Assembly (NCBI GenBank): GCA_965203055.1
Contig: OZ241863.1
Span: 2,688,001-2,752,000 of the forward strand
Length of the DNA: 64,000 bases
Direction of reading: 5' to 3'
Origin: Spirochaetia bacterium
GTDB taxonomy: Bacteria; Spirochaetota; Spirochaetia; SZUA-6; Bin103
A program made the translations under genes and the position numbers. The notes beneath the pieces were generated by a model. The model had not been told where the DNA came from, did no database searches, and was given only the letters and a program-made list of their open reading frames with translations. Shown here piece after piece: positions 58,819-64,000 of this stretch. The first letter of the stretch is position 1; each line of letters opens with the position of its first letter.

Positions 58819-60680
58819 TGCAGCACCTCCGCCGAACCGTGCCGCAGCAGCCGCGCCAGGCGCGAGCGCGGATCCGCCATCAGGGCGGCGCGGCGCCCGA
58901 ACTCCGCCAGTCGGCCGTTGTCCAACAGGGCGATCCAGTCGGCGCGCAGCACGGTGCTCAGGCGATGGGCGATGATGATCGCGGTGCGCCCGGCGACCAG
59001 CCGGTCGACCGCGTGCTCGATGGAACGCTCGGTGCCGGGGTCCAGACGGGACGACGCCTCGTCCAGCACCACCACCGCCGGATCGCTGAGCAGGAACACG
59101 CGCCCGAAGGCGAGCAGCTGCGCCTGGCCGGCTGACAGCTCGGCGTTCTGGCCGGCCAACTCGGTGCGCACGCCGTGCGGCAGCGCGCGCCACCAGCGCC
59201 CCAGTCCCAGCTCGTCCAGCACCTCGATGATCCGTTCGTCGGGCAGCGTGGTGTCGAACAGCGTGAGATTGTCGCGCACCGATCCATGGACCAGGTCCAC
59301 CCGCTGATTCACCATCGCCAGCCGCGACCGCAGCGCCGCGAGGTCGAGGCCGCGCACGTCGTGGCCGCCGAGCCGGACGCTGCCGCGGTCCACGTCGTAG
59401 AAGCGGAACAGCAACCGGGACAAGGTGGTCTTGCCGCTGCCGGTGCGCCCGATCAGACCGAGCACGTCACCGGCGGGCAGCTCCAGCGAGAGGTCATGCA
59501 GCACCGGCAGGGCGGGGTCGTAGCCAAAGGTGACGCCGTCGAAGCGTACCGCCAATGCGCCGGGCGGCAGCGCCTCGGGCGGCCCGTCGGGCGCCGCGCC
59601 GCCGCCGCCCGGCGCGGCGCCCGCCACCCGCGGGCCGGGCCGGATCAGCGCGGAGCGCTCGGCCAGCAGCCGCAGCGCGCGCCGTGCGGCCGCCGCGGCG
59701 CGCTGGAAGTCCTCCATCTGAAATACCACCATGCGCAACGGGCGTGAGATCATGCCGGCATAGTGGAACACCAGGTAGGCCATCCCCAGCGTCGCCAGGT
59801 CGTTCAGGTAGAGCCACGCGCCGAGCCCCAGCCCCACCGCGTAGCCGGCGGTGTCCACCAGCAGCCAGGCGTTGACCATCACGTTGGTGCGCATGGCGGC
59901 CTTGATCTGATGCCGCAGGTAGCGCCGCGTCAGCCCGTAGAAGCGGCGGATCACGTAGGGCTTGCCGGCGCTGGTGTGGATGTCCTCGATCCCGGTCAGC
60001 GTCTCCTCCAGGAACCCGAACAGTTCGCCGCTCGCCTGCCGGGTCCGCTGCCACGGCTCCACGCCGATCCGGCGCAGGCTCAGCAGCACCGCCCATGACA
60101 CCGCGACGAACCCGCCGAACACGGCCGCCACCCGCCAGTCCTGCAGCAGGATCACCACCAGCACCCCGGCGATCACCAGCACGCTGCCGGCGATCTGGAC
60201 TACGAACTCCGAGAAGTAGTTGCTCAACAGGGTAACGTCGCCGTCCACGCGCTCGATCATCTCGCCCGGGGTATGGGCGTTGTGGTACCGCTGATCCAAC
60301 CCCACCGAGTGGCGCAGCAGGTCCACGCGCAAGGCGTTGGTGGCCTGCCAGCCGAGCTGCACGCTCAGGTAGGTCGCCAGCACCGCTACCGCCTGGGCGC
60401 CGATCGCGGCGCCGACGAAGGCCAGCGCCCACAGCACCAGGGTGTTCAGCGGCGCCCCGGCCAGGGCCGCGTCCAGCACGTGGCGCACGATGAGCGGGTT
60501 GAACGACTGCGCGCCGCTGCCGGCCAGCAGCAGCACCCCCAGCAGCGCGACCTGCCGGCGCTGGTGGCGCAGGTAGTGGCGCAGCATCCCGAACAGGGTG
60601 CCGGGAATCGCGGCGGGCGGAGCGGAAGCCGGGGCGGATGGGGCGGCGGATGGGGCGGAGGAAGTCACGGGCGGCCGCAA
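58815..60680 (-). CDS. ABC exporter half-transporter (permease + ATPase); start 60680 or 60668
   Basis: [43 protein letters not shown]. Confidence 0.93.
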   Translation of the reverse strand: MRPPVTSSAPSAAPSAPASAPPAAIPGTLFGMLRHYLRHQRRQVALLGVLLLAGSGAQSFNPLIVRHVLDAALAGAPLNTLVLWALAFVGAAIGAQAVAVLATYLSVQLGWQATNALRVDLLRHSVGLDQRYHNAHTPGEMIERVDGDVTLLSNYFSEFVVQIAGSVLVIAGVLVVILLQDWRVAAVFGGFVAVSWAVLLSLRRIGVEPWQRTRQASGELFGFLEETLTGIEDIHTSAGKPYVIRRFYGLTRRYLRHQIKAAMRTNVMVNAWLLVDTAGYAVGLGLGAWLYLNDLATLGMAYLVFHYAGMISRPLRMVVFQMEDFQRAAAAARRALRLLAERSALIRPGPRVAGAAPGGGGAAPDGPPEALPPGALAVRFDGVTFGYDPALPVLHDLSLELPAGDVLGLIGRTGSGKTTLSRLLFRFYDVDRGSVRLGGHDVRGLDLAALRSRLAMVNQRVDLVHGSVRDNLTLFDTTLPDERIIEVLDELGLGRWWRALPHGVRTELAGQNAELSAGQAQLLAFGRVFLLSDPAVVVLDEASSRLDPGTERSIEHAVDRLVAGRTAIIIAHRLSTVLRADWIALLDNGRLAEFGRRAALMADPRSRLARLLRHGSAEVLQ

Positions 60681-60766
60681 GGTAAGCGGCCGCCCGCGGC
60701 GCCGGCAACCAAAACCGGCAACCGAAACGGATGCGGAACGGATGCCGGGAGCCGGCTACCGCCGGA

Positions 60767-62086
60767 TCACGCGAAGTCGGGAGGCCGTTCGGTATACGCC
60801 CACAGCGCCTTGGGGTCGACGTCGTCGGGCCGGCTGACGGTGGCGCCTTCCGGCTCGGGGATGGGACCGTTCAGGATCGGGTCGTCGGTCTCCTCCATCC
60901 ACCGCGTCAGCCGCTCCCGCATCTCCGCCAGGGTATCGGCATGACGCGCGTCGCCCGCCAGATTGGCCGCCTCGTTGGGATCGAACACCAGATCGTAGAG
61001 CTGCTCCTCGGCCATCGGCAGATCGGCCCAGCCGCGGCGCAGCAGCAGCTCCTTGCTCAGGCTGTTGTCGCAATTGGCGAGCGACGGGACGCGCCGGTCG
61101 AGGTAGCGGCGGATGTACTTCCAACGCCGCGTGCGGATCATCCGCTGCGGCTCGTACTGGCCGTGGTAGTTGACTTCGGCGAATACCGCGTCGTTGATCT
61201 CCTCCGTTTCGCCGCGTACCAGGGGCAGCAGCGAGCGGCCCTGCAGCCATGCCGGCGGCGCGATCGCCAGCAGTTCGCAGAGGGTCGGGAACAGGTCGAT
61301 CTGCGACACCAGCGCGTCGCTTACCCGGCCGCCGCCGAAGCCCCCCGGACCGCGCAGGATCAGCATCACCCCGGTGCCGTGGTCGGTCAGATTGCACTTC
61401 ATGCGGGGAAAGGGCAGGCCATGGTCGGTAGTGCAGATCACCAGGGTGTCGTCGGCCAGTCCGGCCTCCTGCAGCGCGCCGAGCACCAAGCCGATGCCCT
61501 GGTCCAAGGCGGTGACGCTGGCCTGGTAGGCGGCCATGTCGGCGCGCGTCTGCGGGGTGTCGGGCAGCGGCGCCGGCGGGCGCAGGTAGCGGGCGTCGTC
61601 GGCCGGGGCCGGCGGGGGGAACTCGCGGTGGGTTTCGCTGAAGCCGACCGTCAGGAAGAAGGGCTGCGCCGGCGCCGCGCCAAGGAACTCTGCCGCCGCC
61701 GGCGCCACCTCGCGCGCCTTGCGCCCGCCGGTCTCCAGAATCTGATGATAGCCGATGGTACGCGGGTCACGGCGCACGTGCTGCACGCCGGCCAGCGCGG
61801 TGTGATAGCCCGCCGCCCGCAGCGTGCGCACCAGATGACGGCTTGGGTCGGCCAGGTCGAAGCCGCGGTTCACCAGCCCGAACTGGCCCGCGCTGTGCGG
61901 GCACATGCCGGTGAGCAGCGCGGCCCGGCTCGGCGAACAGGTGGGCGCCGCGTTGTGGGCCTGGCGAAACAGCATGCCCTGCTCCGCCAGCCGCTGCAGG
62001 TTGGGCGTGCGAATGGCATAGCCGTAGGGCTCGACGTAACGGCCGGTATCATGCGAATGCAGATAGATGATGTTGGGTCGGCTCAT
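60767..62086 (-). CDS. Sulfatase (Cys-type; N-sulfoglucosamine sulfohydrolase-like)
   Basis: RPNIIYLHSHD, formylglycine motif CSPSRAALLTG, TTDHG, EQLYDLVFDPNE. Confidence 0.93.
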   Translation of the reverse strand: MSRPNIIYLHSHDTGRYVEPYGYAIRTPNLQRLAEQGMLFRQAHNAAPTCSPSRAALLTGMCPHSAGQFGLVNRGFDLADPSRHLVRTLRAAGYHTALAGVQHVRRDPRTIGYHQILETGGRKAREVAPAAAEFLGAAPAQPFFLTVGFSETHREFPPPAPADDARYLRPPAPLPDTPQTRADMAAYQASVTALDQGIGLVLGALQEAGLADDTLVICTTDHGLPFPRMKCNLTDHGTGVMLILRGPGGFGGGRVSDALVSQIDLFPTLCELLAIAPPAWLQGRSLLPLVRGETEEINDAVFAEVNYHGQYEPQRMIRTRRWKYIRRYLDRRVPSLANCDNSLSKELLLRRGWADLPMAEEQLYDLVFDPNEAANLAGDARHADTLAEMRERLTRWMEETDDPILNGPIPEPEGATVSRPDDVDPKALWAYTERPPDFA

Positions 62087-62157
62087 GGCCCGCTACTGTG
62101 CAGCGTATCGGAGCCACCTTCAACTCGCGGCCGCCATCGTCGGACCGAGGCCGGCGG

Positions 62158-63951
62158 TCAGGAGGCGCCGAGGGCGAGCAATTCGTTCAGGCGCGAGGCG
62201 GGATCGTCCAGCAGCGCCTGGCGGGGTCCGTACTCCGCCATTCCGCCGCGCTCCAGGATCAGTACGTCATCCACCTTCTCGACCGACCGCAGGCGGTGGG
62301 CGATCACCACCCCGGTACGGCCTGCCAGCAGTGTCTTGAGAGCGTGTTCCACGTCGCGCTCGGTGGCCGGATCGAGGCGCGCCGCGGCCTCGTCCAGAAC
62401 CACGATCGCCGGGTCGCGCAGGAATGCCCGCGCCACCGCCAAGCGCTGCGCTTCGCCCGCGGACAGGGCGAGTTGCGCGCTGCTGATGACCGTATCCAGG
62501 CCCTCCGGTTGCCGCGCCAGCCACGGCGCCATGCCGAGCCGGTCGCAGGCCTGCAGCAGGCGGCCGTCGCCGACCGCGGGGTCGAACAGACTCAGGTTGT
62601 CGCGGATGGTGCCGCGGAAGAACTGGACGTCCTGGGTCACCACGGCGATGCCCGCGCGCAGGGCCGACAGCCGGAATTCGCGCAGATCGACCCCGTTCAG
62701 CGTCACGCGGCCGGCGGTGGGATCGTACAGCCGCGCCAGCAGCCGGGTCACGGTGGTCTTGCCGCTGCCGGTGCGGCCGAGGATGCCCAGGACGCGGCCC
62801 GCCTCGATGCTGAACGAAAGATCGCGCAGCGCTTCCGCGGCTGCTTCCGCCGCGCCGTTCCCGGCCGCGGCCTCCCGCCCGCCGGCCCCGGCCGACGCGC
62901 CGGCAGGATAGCGGAAGCTCACCTGGTGGAAGGCGACTCCCACCGGGCGCGCGGGAAGCCGGCCGCGGGCGCCGTCCGCCAGCGAGCTGCGGTGGGCGAA
63001 CAGGCGCTGGATGCGCACCAGGTTGCCGCCCGCCTTCTGCAGCTCCTCCATCTGATGCGCCAGATCCTCGAACGGCCAGAACATCAGGTTGAGGTAGCTG
63101 AACAGCAGATACACGGTGCCGATGGTCATCTCCCCGCGCAGCGCCAGCGCGCCGCCCCAGGCCAGCATCAGTCCGGTGCCGATCCCCATCGCCACGTTCA
63201 CCGCCGGCCACACCAGGGCGCCCAGGCTGAAGGCGCGCTTGGCGCGCTCCACCTGAACGGCCACCAGCTCAGTCATCCGGCGCAGCGCGGGCACCAGGCC
63301 GCCGAGCGCCTTGAGGTCTTCGAGCCCGGCCAGACGCTCCTCCACGAAGCCGTGCAGGTGCGCCGCCGCGGCGCGCAACCGCTCGTGGTAGGGCACGCCG
63401 AAGCTGCGCAGCTTGACCAGGATCAAGGTCACCGCGGCCGCGAACCCCAGCAGCGCCAGGCACAGCCGCCAATCCTCGAGCAGCAGCGCGATCAAGATGC
63501 CCGCCAGCAGCAGAATCCCGCGCAGCAGACGCAGCGAGAGCTGGGAGAAGAAGGTGGCGAGCTGATTGCTGTCGCCGTCGATCCGCTCCAGCATCACCCC
63601 CGGCGTATGGCGATTGACGAAGCTCAGATCGAGCCCGACGGTGTGGCGCAGCAGGTCGGTGCGCAGCCGATTGGTGGCGCTCCAGGCGACGCTCTCGCCG
63701 AAGTACGCGATGAGGCCGCGGCTGAGCTGCCGCCCCGCGGCCACCGCCAGGAACAGCGCCGCCGCCCGCGCCAACGCCGGCGCCGCGCTGCCGGCCGCTA
63801 CCCCGTCGATGAAGCCGCGCAGCACTTGCGGCGCGTACACGCTGGTCACGGTATGCGCCAGCAGCATCGTCCCGAGCAGCGCGACCTGCGCCCGGCAGTG
63901 CGCCAGGTAACGGGTAAGAAATCGCCGGTAGAGGGCAAACGTCGGCTTCAC
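62158..63951 (-). CDS. ABC exporter half-transporter, paralogue of 58815-60680
   Basis: [43 protein letters not shown]. Confidence 0.93.
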   Translation of the reverse strand: MKPTFALYRRFLTRYLAHCRAQVALLGTMLLAHTVTSVYAPQVLRGFIDGVAAGSAAPALARAAALFLAVAAGRQLSRGLIAYFGESVAWSATNRLRTDLLRHTVGLDLSFVNRHTPGVMLERIDGDSNQLATFFSQLSLRLLRGILLLAGILIALLLEDWRLCLALLGFAAAVTLILVKLRSFGVPYHERLRAAAAHLHGFVEERLAGLEDLKALGGLVPALRRMTELVAVQVERAKRAFSLGALVWPAVNVAMGIGTGLMLAWGGALALRGEMTIGTVYLLFSYLNLMFWPFEDLAHQMEELQKAGGNLVRIQRLFAHRSSLADGARGRLPARPVGVAFHQVSFRYPAGASAGAGGREAAAGNGAAEAAAEALRDLSFSIEAGRVLGILGRTGSGKTTVTRLLARLYDPTAGRVTLNGVDLREFRLSALRAGIAVVTQDVQFFRGTIRDNLSLFDPAVGDGRLLQACDRLGMAPWLARQPEGLDTVISSAQLALSAGEAQRLAVARAFLRDPAIVVLDEAAARLDPATERDVEHALKTLLAGRTGVVIAHRLRSVEKVDDVLILERGGMAEYGPRQALLDDPASRLNELLALGAS

Positions 63952-64000
63952 GCCGTGCGTCGTCAGCGACGGTCGCCGTCCGGGCCGCCGTCCCAGATGC

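Noticed and set aside
60703..60752. Short direct repeats (CGGCAACCRAAAC x2, CGGATGC x2) between the ABC and sulfatase genes
   Set aside because: Too short and irregular to support a function; likely local slippage.
60731..62911. Long alternative ORFs (e.g. 726 aa here, 34256-36442, 56992-59307, 17869-20070, 9070-10671)
   Set aside because: Antisense or off-frame shadows of well-supported genes, expected in high-GC DNA; no motifs.
1..64000. tRNA, rRNA, tmRNA, riboswitch or prophage
   Set aside because: None recognised by eye in the short intergenic gaps; an Infernal/Rfam scan would be needed to exclude small RNAs, especially in 36480-37160.

Overview
Very GC-rich bacterial chromosomal DNA. 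I found no rRNA, tRNA, CRISPR array or prophage. The backbone is catabolic and transport genes: two peptide/nickel-type ABC importer operons (the second, 30841-36478, visibly lower in GC), a prpBCD methylcitrate operon followed by acetoacetate-decarboxylase-family, acyl-CoA ligase and thiolase genes, a TPP enzyme, two PhyH dioxygenases, three Gfo/Idh/MocA oxidoreductases, ThuA-like, MlrC-like, sugar isomerase and sulfatase genes, and three ABC exporter half-transporters. Defence-type and selfish genes are interspersed: an Rpn nuclease with an apparent nested small gene, three intact plus one or two broken AAA_14/DUF4143 ATPases, an OLD/PARIS-like ABC-ATPase-TOPRIM fusion, two further AAA/STAND-like ATPases, an orphan adenine methylase, an HNH remnant and a collapsed type I R-M locus. 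The most striking feature is a pair of paralogous surface lipoproteins (11929-13527 minus; 41500-43494 plus). In both, 8 or 12 'GSGYTSxPTVxFS' repeats lie between conserved non-repetitive N- and C-terminal segments. The larger copy has a symmetric 6+6 repeat layout, and the smaller has a frame-controlling poly-C tract just after its start codon. The gene content resembles host-associated (e.g. sponge symbiont) genomes, but that is inference only. Three single-base frameshifts could be assembly errors.
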